Positions 27,141 through 33,905 of a DNA stretch of 36,645 bases are shown one piece after another (position 1 is the first letter of the stretch; each line of letters opens with the position of its first letter). The stretch lies in UHGV virus genome UHGV-0317196. One strand, given 5' to 3'. Origin of the DNA: a virus. Both the position numbers and the translations under genes were made by a program. The notes beneath the pieces were generated by a model. It was not told the origin of the DNA, ran no database searches, and saw only the letters and a list, made by a program, of their open reading frames with translations.

Positions 27141-27467
27141 CTATGATACAATTTCAAGTACTTCTGCGTTCCTGATGATGATTTCACCGAGATCCTGTCC
27201 GTATTCTGCAGAGTCTCCGCCGATTATAGCAACGTGATCTCCGAAGTATCCCTTTGCAAGCTCGGCTTCATCAATTTTTACAGCGCATGTTCCATTAAGT
27301 TCTTCCTCTGTCATTTCACCATCCACCCATGCAAAGGAGTTGTTAAGCATTTCCCCAAGAACGAACGCATCTTCTTGCACTCTTACTCCGATATAACCAA
27401 AATCATATTCATCCTTGATTTCTTCGATTCGTTCCATGATTTTTTCAATCGCTTCATTTCTTGTCAT
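27141..27467 (-). CDS. hypothetical acidic 108-aa protein (moron cassette gene D, first gene)
   Basis: SD AAGGAGA 8 nt upstream. Downstream of a consensus promoter. No motif. Confidence 0.45.
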   Translation of the reverse strand: MTRNEAIEKIMERIEEIKDEYDFGYIGVRVQEDAFVLGEMLNNSFAWVDGEMTEEELNGTCAVKIDEAELAKGYFGDHVAIIGGDSAEYGQDLGEIIIRNAEVLEIVS

Positions 27468-27501
27468 CTTTCATATCTCCTTCGCTTTATCTTATGGTCT
27501 T

Positions 27502-27530
27502 ATTATACGCCTTATAAGGCGTAAAGTCAA
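27502..27530 (-). promoter_or_regulatory. sigma-A-type promoter of the moron cassette (-35 TTGACT, 17-nt spacer, -10 TATAAT, read on the minus strand) with an 18-bp perfect palindrome TACGCCTTATAAGGCGTA (27506-27523) filling the spacer (operator)
   Basis: Reverse complement of 27525-27530 is TTGACT and of 27502-27507 is TATAAT. The palindrome is exact over 18 bp. Confidence 0.5.
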
Positions 27531-27586
27531 TAGCAAATCGAAAACTTTTTAAAATAATTTCAAGCCCAGCACCTGATCCGCTGTGC

Positions 27587-27592
27587 TATAAT
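27587..27592 (+). promoter_or_regulatory. extended -10 (TGcTATAAT) for the divergent small plus-strand ORF
   Basis: TG at 27584-85 plus TATAAT at 27587-92. No good -35. Confidence 0.3.
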
Positions 27593-27623
27593 AATATGTA
27601 GCCAATGCGAGGGGGGAATAATA

Positions 27624-27803
27624 ATGGAATATCAAATCTACGAATCTTACGATACGTTTTTACTATACCAAGAGTTTTTAGAGATACCGGGAAATACTTT
27701 TAAATTCCGGTTGCCAGAAGGGATGATCCTGACAACCGAAATGATGCACACCTTTTTACGGGCTGCGTATTTGAGCGCCGGTAGACCGCAGTTTCCGGCG
27801 TGA
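27624..27803 (+). CDS. 59-aa hypothetical protein (MEYQIYESYDTFLLYQEFLEIPGNTFKFRLPEGMILTTEMMHTFLRAAYLSAGRPQFPA)
   Basis: SD GAGGGGGG 7 nt upstream. Divergent from the moron cassette. Confidence 0.3.
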   Translation: MEYQIYESYDTFLLYQEFLEIPGNTFKFRLPEGMILTTEMMHTFLRAAYLSAGRPQFPA

Positions 27804-27818
27804 ATATTGTATCATTTA

Positions 27819-27868
27819 TTTTGTACTAATTATACTACTCCAAATGGGGCTAAACACTTAGTACAAAA
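27819..27868. other. 50-bp element: 11-bp perfect inverted repeat TTTTGTACTAA / TTAGTACAAAA flanking a 28-bp core, 4 bp downstream of the serine-recombinase stop. Candidate attP.
   Basis: Read directly. Size and imperfect-palindrome architecture fit large-serine-recombinase attP sites. The loop is too long and there is no T-run, so it is not a terminator. Confidence 0.3.
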
Positions 27869-27872
27869 CGGA

Positions 27873-29267
27873 TTATAAAAAATCTACAGCTTTAATCGTA
27901 TTGTCATCATTTAGGTAAATCTCCTGTATCGTGGATCTCCAAAAAGAACGCTTGTTTTCAGGAGACAGCGAATCATACATTTGCCGAAAGTCAGTTTCTA
28001 ATAGTTCTTCCACATAGTGTAGGCTTCTCGTCTCTTCCTCCTCTGGAAAAGCAGCAGAAGCGGAATATTCTTCTTCCAGTCTCTGGTACTCCTTATCGTA
28101 ATAATCAAAGGAAATTCTCCCTTTTTGAAATAGCAAATTTAATCGTTCCATTTCTTTTCTCAGCTTTTCCGGATCTTTTGCTTTCTTTTCTTTTTTTAGC
28201 TCTTCGCTGATCTGGTTGCTGCGGACTTTATACTTTTCGTATTCTCTTTCGAGATTTTCTAGCAAATATTTTTCGACAAGGTTCTGGCTTACCCTATGCC
28301 TATACGTGCAAATATGGTCTTTAAGTGCTCTATTGCAACGGTAGTAGCAGTACGTCCTTTTTTCTACGGTTTTACGATTTATAATTGATGAGCATCCTGT
28401 ACCGACTAATTTCTGTCCGCACACAGGACAGCGCATCAAACCCGTAAACAGGTATATTCTACCAGACGGCGTGTTTTTAATATTTCTTTTCGATATAATT
28501 TGCATCTCATTCCATTCTTTTTCTGACAGGTATGCCGGACAATAAGGATACCCTCTGTACGTACCTTTATAAAATTCGCTGGACAACATTGTACGTAACA
28601 TGCCATAACTAAAATCAATCCCATAGGTTTCCTGCATGTACCGGACAGCACCTTTTTTGGAGTTATGGATTCTAAAATAATTAAAAAAATCCTCCACCAT
28701 GTGTTCTGTTTCTGGATCTTTAACCATGCATTTCTTCCCGTCCACGACACCTGTTTTATATCCAAAAGGCATATTTGCATCTCCGAATATTAACTTCCTT
28801 TGTCTTATAGATGCTTCGTTGACAAATTTAATTCGTTCGGATGTGGTGTCTACCTCGTTCTGCCCGATCGACAGCACTACATTTAATTGCAATCGTCCAT
28901 CCCGCGTCTCCATGTTTATACCAGGCTCGGATACAGATATCCAGCGCACCCCATGCTCATCTAGCACATCTTGCACCTTATAAAAATCAGACAGGTTGCG
29001 AAACCATCTATCCAGCCGCCAGAAGAGTATTACATCGATTCTATCCTTTTTCACATCCTCTATAAGGGCGTGTATGGCTTTTCTTTTCTTCAGTTCTTTT
29101 CTGGCAGTCTTTCCCTCGTCTGCATAAATTCCGACTACAGCCATATTATGATCCGCTGCATATTGCTTTAGGCATTCTTTCTGTGCTTGCAGAGACTTGC
29201 CATGTACGCTCTGCTCAAATGTGGAGACGCGGATATAGATGGCACATCTCAATATTTTCTCTTGCAT
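27873..29267 (-). CDS. int: large serine recombinase (phage integrase; resolvase catalytic domain + recombinase domain + zinc ribbon + coiled-coil)
   Basis: N-terminus CAIYIRVSTFEQ...SLQAQ (catalytic Ser region). CPVCGQKL...CYYRC zinc ribbon. 464 aa. Confidence 0.9.
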   Translation of the reverse strand: MQEKILRCAIYIRVSTFEQSVHGKSLQAQKECLKQYAADHNMAVVGIYADEGKTARKELKKRKAIHALIEDVKKDRIDVILFWRLDRWFRNLSDFYKVQDVLDEHGVRWISVSEPGINMETRDGRLQLNVVLSIGQNEVDTTSERIKFVNEASIRQRKLIFGDANMPFGYKTGVVDGKKCMVKDPETEHMVEDFFNYFRIHNSKKGAVRYMQETYGIDFSYGMLRTMLSSEFYKGTYRGYPYCPAYLSEKEWNEMQIISKRNIKNTPSGRIYLFTGLMRCPVCGQKLVGTGCSSIINRKTVEKRTYCYYRCNRALKDHICTYRHRVSQNLVEKYLLENLEREYEKYKVRSNQISEELKKEKKAKDPEKLRKEMERLNLLFQKGRISFDYYDKEYQRLEEEYSASAAFPEEEETRSLHYVEELLETDFRQMYDSLSPENKRSFWRSTIQEIYLNDDNTIKAVDFL

Positions 29268-29410
29268 CTTGCATCACTCCTTTGTAAATAGTATTTAAAA
29301 ATAGGTACAAAAATAACAGCCAGCACATGAACGAATGTTCTGGATTGCAAGCTGTTTCCGAAGATGATACAATATTCATGGATTTTAATCGCATATCTTC
29401 GGATATGTAG

Positions 29411-29449
29411 ACCGTCTCTGTTGGCGCAGGGACGGTTTTTATTTTATTG
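29411..29449 (+). terminator. plus-strand intrinsic-terminator-like hairpin (ACCGTC-N14-GACGGT + TTTTATTTTATT) with no plus-strand gene upstream. It sits between the int start and the DUF4236 gene end.
   Basis: Read directly. Could stop antisense (plus-strand) transcription across int. Confidence 0.4.
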
Positions 29450-30472
29450 TGGTGGGTGGCAAATGCCACATGGTTCATAGACTCCGCGCACCTCAGACAG
29501 GTGCTTTTCTATCCTTGATTTTAGAGTTCTACATCCAGCACTGTGATATTTAGTGCCAGTATTTGTTATGTAGACAACAGGATCATCTTGACTTTGAAGT
29601 GCAGCCTGTTCCTGTTCTGATTGCGCTGCGGCCTGTTCCTGCGCTATTCTTTCTTGTTCTGCAGCAGCGGCAGCCTGTTCTTGCTCAATTCTTGCCTGTT
29701 CAGCAGCCTGAGCTTCCTGCTCAAGTCGTATTCTCTCTTCTTCCTCAGCCTTTAATCTTGCTTCTTCTTCCGGGTTTACAACTGTAATATTTTTCAAACT
29801 ACTCTTAATGTCTCCGTTCGCCGTGAAAAATAGTGCTGTATCACCGGAATTTTCGAATGTAATAATTGCTTTTCCGTCCTCATATTTAAGAGTTGCAATG
29901 CCGTTTTTCGACAGTTCTAACTCTTCGATTTTCGCATCTGACGGACTCGGCGTAATCCTTACTTCTGTTACATCGCCTACGTTAAATCTATCCTTCCCCC
30001 AATCTACCGATATAGAGTTTAATTCCGGCGTGGAACCTAACCATATAAATACTATCAGAGATGTAGCAAATACAACTAAGCATATTATGGTATTTCTGAC
30101 TCTATAAGGCCGGAATTTTTTGGATGCAATGCAGTATATCAAAATCGGTATAGCAGGTATCCAAAAAAGTGAATACGCCGCAAGTGCGATAGATATCATT
30201 ATAAGTAAGACGATAGATGCAAGACACCCTCCGCCACTTGTGTTTGATGTTTTTCTCATTGTTTTTCCTTTGTCTTCCTTTGTTTTTCCGTTCTCTGTTT
30301 CTGTGTAGTACAGTCCACTCCCTGGAATTCCAAAACTCTTCGTTCTCTTTCCATTGGAATTAACTGTGTAATGCATTCCTTTTCCTCCGAATGTAAAGCT
30401 ATGACTATTTTTATTAAGATTAAACTTTACACCTGGAGCGATTTTGAAACTCTTCCTGAAACGTAATCCCAT
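29444..30472 (-). CDS. DUF4236-containing membrane protein with E/A/Q-rich coiled-coil repeats and a C-terminal Cys-containing domain (YITNTGTKYHSAGC...EPCGICHP)
   Basis: N-terminus MGLRFRKSFKIAPGVKFNLNKNSHSFTFGGKG matches the DUF4236 consensus. Two TM helices. ERIRLEQEAQAAEQARIEQEQAAAAAEQ repeats. Confidence 0.65.
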   Translation of the reverse strand: MGLRFRKSFKIAPGVKFNLNKNSHSFTFGGKGMHYTVNSNGKRTKSFGIPGSGLYYTETENGKTKEDKGKTMRKTSNTSGGGCLASIVLLIMISIALAAYSLFWIPAIPILIYCIASKKFRPYRVRNTIICLVVFATSLIVFIWLGSTPELNSISVDWGKDRFNVGDVTEVRITPSPSDAKIEELELSKNGIATLKYEDGKAIITFENSGDTALFFTANGDIKSSLKNITVVNPEEEARLKAEEEERIRLEQEAQAAEQARIEQEQAAAAAEQERIAQEQAAAQSEQEQAALQSQDDPVVYITNTGTKYHSAGCRTLKSRIEKHLSEVRGVYEPCGICHPPQ

Positions 30473-30550
30473 TCCTTTTCTATTTCACCCTCTTTTCTCT
30501 TCTGCACATTTTCCCACAACTTATATATAAACGCCGAAGCGGTTATACCA

Positions 30551-30580
30551 TTTCCAGTATTTCCCTGTAGTTTCCAGTAT
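30551..30580. repeat. direct repeat TTTCCAGTAT x2 spaced 20 bp apart in the divergent DUF4236 / HTH promoter region
   Basis: Read directly (30551-30560 and 30571-30580). Confidence 0.4.
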
Positions 30581-30605
30581 CGGAATATACTACAATTAAA
30601 ATGTT

Positions 30606-30803
30606 ATGAAGATACTACTCGATAAGATCATGCTCGATAAAAACCTATCTACTCGGCAAGTGTCCATTCTTACTGGCGTGTCAAAATCAACCGTCAGTCG
30701 CATTGCAAACGGCGAAATATCACCGACAGCTGACACGCTGGAACTGCTTGCCAAAGGCTTAAAAGTCCGAATTTCTGACCTTATCGACTCTCCATATCAA
30801 TAA
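30606..30803 (+). CDS. small XRE-family HTH protein
   Basis: HTH STRQVSILTGVSKSTVSRIANGE. No convincing SD, so the start is uncertain. Confidence 0.45.
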   Translation: MKILLDKIMLDKNLSTRQVSILTGVSKSTVSRIANGEISPTADTLELLAKGLKVRISDLIDSPYQ

Positions 30804-30922
30804 GTGTCCCAGATCTGGGACGATTGTCCATTTTTGCGTGAGTTTCCCGAATTTCGTTTGTTTACTTAATAGATGGCAATAAATTTGCCAAAAAGTAACA
30901 AGAACAAATGTTCGAATGAATA

Positions 30923-30951
30923 TTGATTTTTATTTCCTGAGATAGTATTAT
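30923..30951 (+). promoter_or_regulatory. sigma-A-like promoter (-35 TTGATT, 17-nt spacer, -10 TATTAT) flanked by TTCGAA half-sites at 30911-30916 and 30964-30969
   Basis: Read directly. The TTCGAA sites match the operator motif of the cI/cro region. Confidence 0.4.
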
Positions 30952-31000
30952 ATATCTAGGGATTTCGAACAAGTGTTTTTGCAGTTAGGGGGATCGCGAA

Positions 31001-31102
31001 ATGGATTACAAAAACAAGATTATCGAACTTATCAACGGTATAAGTAATACTGCAAAATTAGAGTATCTTTATTACGTGATAAGATCGTTTCTTAAAGGGT
31101 AG
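31001..31102 (+). CDS. 33-aa hypothetical peptide (MDYKNKIIELINGISNTAKLEYLYYVIRSFLKG)
   Basis: SD AGGGGGA 7 nt upstream. Ends in the hairpin shared with the repressor gene. Confidence 0.25.
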   Translation: MDYKNKIIELINGISNTAKLEYLYYVIRSFLKG

Positions 31103-31118
31103 GCTATTGCTTACCCTT
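31092..31118. terminator. bidirectional hairpin (AAGGGTA-N9-TACCCTT) between the convergent small ORF (+) and the repressor gene (-)
   Basis: 7-bp perfect stem with a weak T-run on the plus side. Confidence 0.35.
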
Positions 31119-31448
31119 TTTAGAAAGCGATTCGATAAGATGCTTTATGGCTTCCTTGTCGGATTCATCTAAAGAATAGTAACAAGATATCATATTGATA
31201 ATCTCTTGATCTTTCATTATTCGTCCAACTAATGTTCCACTTTCTTCTCTGGAATAATTTCCAAAAAAGTCGTTTGGTATCATTTCCAGCACTTCACATA
31301 ATCTTTCTATAGTATCAGCGTCTGGTTTATTCTTATTATTTTCCCAATCGCTTATTGAATTATGTTTTGCACCTATTAAATTCGCAAGTTCTTTTTGAGT
31401 CATGTTTTTCTTTTTTCTGTATTCCTTTATTTTCTCTCCTAAACTCAT
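31104..31448 (-). CDS. cI-like phage repressor, short form (HTH-XRE only, no LexA/S24 peptidase domain)
   Basis: Start MSLGEKIKEY with AGGAGG 8 nt upstream. HTH MTQKELANLIGAKHNSISDWENNK. 114 aa. Divergent from the cro-like gene. Confidence 0.65.
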   Translation of the reverse strand: MSLGEKIKEYRKKKNMTQKELANLIGAKHNSISDWENNKNKPDADTIERLCEVLEMIPNDFFGNYSREESGTLVGRIMKDQEIINMISCYYSLDESDKEAIKHLIESLSKKGKQ

Positions 31449-31508
31449 TATGCTTCCTCCTTGCATTTTCTATATTAACACATAGAAATTATATTTTCAA
31501 CAAAAAAA

Positions 31509-31586
31509 GTTCGAAAAAATCGAAATTTTAGTGTTGACATTCGAATATTTCGAAGTTATAATGAAATTAGTTCGAACGAATCGAAA
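31509..31586. promoter_or_regulatory. genetic-switch operator cluster: three sites of form (G/A)TTCGAA-N3-4-TCGAA(A/G) at 31509-31525, 31539-31555 and 31570-31586. They overlap a consensus rightward promoter: TTGACA (31534-39), 17 nt, TATAAT (31557-62).
   Basis: Read directly. The second operator fills the promoter spacer and the third covers the transcript start. A leftward TATAAT box (31491-96, minus strand) overlaps the first operator. Confidence 0.55.
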
Positions 31587-31607
31587 AATGAAAGAGGTGA
31601 TTACGGA

Positions 31608-31811
31608 ATGTGTGTAGGTGAAAGAATTAAAGCTTACATGGACGAAAAGGGAATTAAGCAGGTTTTTGTATCACGAAAAACAGGGATACCAAAAGAAAAA
31701 CTTTGTTCATCATTAAATGGAAATAGGAAATTGCAATTTGAAGAATACGAGCTGATCTGTGGAGCGTTAGATGTGAATACGGACAAGTTTATTAAACCGA
31801 AGAAATTGTAA
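31608..31811 (+). CDS. cro-like HTH regulator
   Basis: SD AAAGAGGTGA. HTH QVFVSRKTGIPKEKLCSSLNG. 67 aa. Divergent from the repressor gene. Confidence 0.55.
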   Translation: MCVGERIKAYMDEKGIKQVFVSRKTGIPKEKLCSSLNGNRKLQFEEYELICGALDVNTDKFIKPKKL

Positions 31812-31974
31812 AGGAGAAAAAGATGTCTAAGAAAAGTCAAAAAAGTTTGTATGAAGAAATGGTAGAAGATTTATCGAAGTTCGTCATTCGCACTGCGAAC
31901 AAGGATAACCCAACACCAGAAGAGCTTATAGCAATGACTGAAATGGCAAAAATGCTATTCAGGACAATTTAAAA

Positions 31975-31996
31975 GTCCTGAGTATAAACTCAGGAC
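31975..31996 (-). terminator. rho-independent terminator for the minus-strand small gene (9-bp perfect stem GTCCTGAGT/ACTCAGGAC, loop ATAA, with a TTTT run on the minus strand)
   Basis: Read directly. The T-run is only on the minus-strand side. Confidence 0.5.
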
Positions 31997-32002
31997 AAAA
32001 GA

Positions 32003-32137
32003 CTAATGGCTTGTACTTTTATGGTTTGCAAGGATTGTTCCTGCTTTAGATTTTGCGGAAGCTGATTTGCTTGTGGAAAGAGTTTTTCCAGCTTTGCTGA
32101 CTTTAGCAGATGGCTTGCATGATTTTCCTTTTGCCAT
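32003..32137 (-). CDS. 44-aa Lys/Ser/Ala-rich basic protein (MAKGKSCKPSAKVSKAGKTLSTSKSASAKSKAGTILANHKSTSH)
   Basis: Excellent SD AAAGGTGGTGA 5 nt upstream. Own terminator directly downstream. Convergent to the cro operon. Not in the ORF track (below cutoff; the overlapping listed 67-aa ORF has no SD). Confidence 0.4.
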   Translation of the reverse strand: MAKGKSCKPSAKVSKAGKTLSTSKSASAKSKAGTILANHKSTSH

Positions 32138-32190
32138 ATATTCACCACCTTTCTTATTAAAAATGAGATACCTCTAGTAAGATGGTACAA

Positions 32191-32332
32191 CACAATATAT
32201 GGAAAGTCAAATAAAAATCACGAAAAACACAATATAAAGTACGAAACATATGTTTTCGCACAATATTTAGTGAATAGTACAACCTTGATATTATACCACT
32301 TTTTGTATAAAAATCAAGAAAATCACAATATA
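32191..32332. repeat. four CACAATAT boxes (32191, 32228, 32259, 32325) upstream of, and overlapping the RBS of, the antirepressor gene
   Basis: Read directly. Irregular spacing of 37, 31 and 66 bp. Confidence 0.5.
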
Positions 32333-32343
32333 TAGGAGGAATA

Positions 32344-33105
32344 ATGAACAATTTAACAGTAATTGAGAACGAACTTGTCCCAGTATACGAGACAAGCACA
32401 GGAGAAAAAGTAGTATATGGCTCAGAACTGCATGAAGTTCTGGGAGCACCAAGTGTTTACCGCGAATGGGCGAAACGCAGATTATCAGACATTGATGCTA
32501 TAGAAAATGAAGATTTTCAAGGCGTAGAAATTTCTACACCTTCCGGTCAGACTAAAAAAGACCATATCATCAAACTGGATGCTGCCAAAGAAATGGCAAT
32601 GCTTGAGCGGAATGAAAAAGGAAAGCAAGTACGCAGATATTTCATTCGGGTAGAAAAGAAATACAAAGCGGCATCTCTTGCCACACAAGAGCTCTCACCG
32701 CAGTTGCAGGTCATGATTAACTTGGAAATTGAGCAGAAGCGTCAGGCAGAGAAGCTTGAGCACGTGGAAGAACGGATTGAAAGCATCCGTGAGGTTGTTG
32801 CAATCGATACAACATCATGGAGAGAAGATACCGGAAGAATCTTGAGAAAAATTGGTATGGAGTGCGGAGACAGCAAGTCTTATCAAGATGTAAGGGCAGA
32901 ATCCTATCAGTTGTTAGAAAAACGTATGGGAGTGAATGTAAAGCAGAGACTCACAAACAAACGTAGAAGAATGGCAGATGAGGGTGTTTGCAAATCCAGA
33001 AGAGACAAATTGAATTATCTTGATGTGATTGCTGATGATAAGAAACTGATTGAGGGATATACGGCTATCGTAAAAGAGTTGGCTATTAAATACGGAGTGG
33101 CGTAG
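32344..33105 (+). CDS. phage antirepressor (ORF6N/AntA-like N-terminus + ORF6C/KilAC-like C-terminus)
   Basis: N-terminus LTVIENELVPVYETSTGEKVVYGSELHEVLG...YREWAKRRL is typical of antirepressor N-domains. SD AGGAGGA. 253 aa. Confidence 0.6.
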   Translation: MNNLTVIENELVPVYETSTGEKVVYGSELHEVLGAPSVYREWAKRRLSDIDAIENEDFQGVEISTPSGQTKKDHIIKLDAAKEMAMLERNEKGKQVRRYFIRVEKKYKAASLATQELSPQLQVMINLEIEQKRQAEKLEHVEERIESIREVVAIDTTSWREDTGRILRKIGMECGDSKSYQDVRAESYQLLEKRMGVNVKQRLTNKRRRMADEGVCKSRRDKLNYLDVIADDKKLIEGYTAIVKELAIKYGVA

Positions 33106-33119
33106 CAGGGAGGATTGAC

Positions 33120-33311
33120 ATGGAAATTGTAATAGCAAGCATCATCTGCTCGATCATAACATCAATCGTTACAAGTCTTGTAGTGACACGGGAGTCTATG
33201 AGTATTATCCAAAAGGCTGTTGATCATTTGCTTGATGTCAACATGGACTTTGTTACCGATGTGACAAACATGATAATTGATAGATTTGGAACGAAGCGTA
33301 AACAAGATTAA
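33120..33311 (+). CDS. small membrane protein (63 aa)
   Basis: Hydrophobic N-terminal half IVIASIICSIITSIVTSLVV. Confidence 0.3.
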   Translation: MEIVIASIICSIITSIVTSLVVTRESMSIIQKAVDHLLDVNMDFVTDVTNMIIDRFGTKRKQD

Positions 33312-33366
33312 ATGGACAACATACCTTGGACAATCTAACCATCATACATATTAGAGAGGTGATTTC

Positions 33367-33480
33367 ATGAAGCCAGATATGGAAAAAATCATACAAGTGT
33401 TGATATCTCTAATCGAAGAACAGGAACATGTGAAAATCGATTACACACTTGAAAAGAGGACAGAAGAGAAAACCGCTTAG
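33367..33480 (+). CDS. 37-aa hypothetical peptide
   Basis: SD GAGAGGTGA. Hand-translated MKPDMEKIIQVLISLIEEQEHVKIDYTLEKRTEEKTA. Confidence 0.3.
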   Translation: MKPDMEKIIQVLISLIEEQEHVKIDYTLEKRTEEKTA

Positions 33481-33502
33481 GCGGTAGAAGGGAGGACAAG
33501 CT

Positions 33503-33688
33503 ATGAAAAGGCTAACAGTAAACAAGATCGAGAAATTTATCCAGACACTGGAATCCACAGAAAGGGTTGGTGGGTATTCTGAGGAGCAAAAGTTACACGC
33601 AATCGCCTGTCTGGAAAATTACAGGATGGCTTTGGAAATGAAAGGCATGAAATCCGTGAAATTAAAGGAGGTAGACGATGGAAATTAA
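33503..33688 (+). CDS. hypothetical 61-aa protein
   Basis: SD AGGGAGGA upstream. Confidence 0.35.
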   Translation: MKRLTVNKIEKFIQTLESTERVGGYSEEQKLHAIACLENYRMALEMKGMKSVKLKEVDDGN

Positions 33689-33866
33689 AGGAACTTATCA
33701 CTGCCAGACCACCCAGCAACCAAACACATTAAATGACTGGGATATCCGGTCCGTATCGGTAGATCTGCCGGAAGAAGAGGACAAACCGTACTGGATCAAG
33801 GTCGCAGCAGCTGTGATCGGGTTTATCTTGGTGCTACTGGCGTGGTATCTGGTGTTTGGGTATTAA
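33678..33866 (+). CDS. hypothetical 62-aa protein with C-terminal TM helix
   Basis: C-terminus WIKVAAAVIGFILVLLAWYLVFGY. Overlaps the previous gene. Confidence 0.35.
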   Translation: MEIKGTYHCQTTQQPNTLNDWDIRSVSVDLPEEEDKPYWIKVAAAVIGFILVLLAWYLVFGY

Positions 33867-33870
33867 AAAA

Positions 33871-33905
33871 GAGTGCTGTCACAGGGCGGCAACCCTCGAG
33901 CACTC
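33871..33905 (+). other. two-tier GC-rich hairpin (GAGTGCT...AGCACTC enclosing AGGG-CGGCAA-CCCT) between the early small ORFs and the ATPase gene; no T-run
   Basis: Read directly. Possible attenuator or processing/stability element. Confidence 0.3.

Noticed and set aside
29347-29391. Alternative attP candidate CCGAAGAT-N29-ATCTTCGG upstream of int
   Set aside because: Only 8-bp arms with an asymmetric core. Weaker than the 11-bp-arm element downstream of int. Kept only as a fallback.
31822-31972. Small ORF downstream of cro: the ATG at 31822 has an excellent SD but gives only a 28-aa peptide; the overlapping ATG at 31850 gives 40 aa but has no SD
   Set aside because: I could not decide which frame, if either, is translated. 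It may reflect a frameshift in the sequence. Left uncalled.
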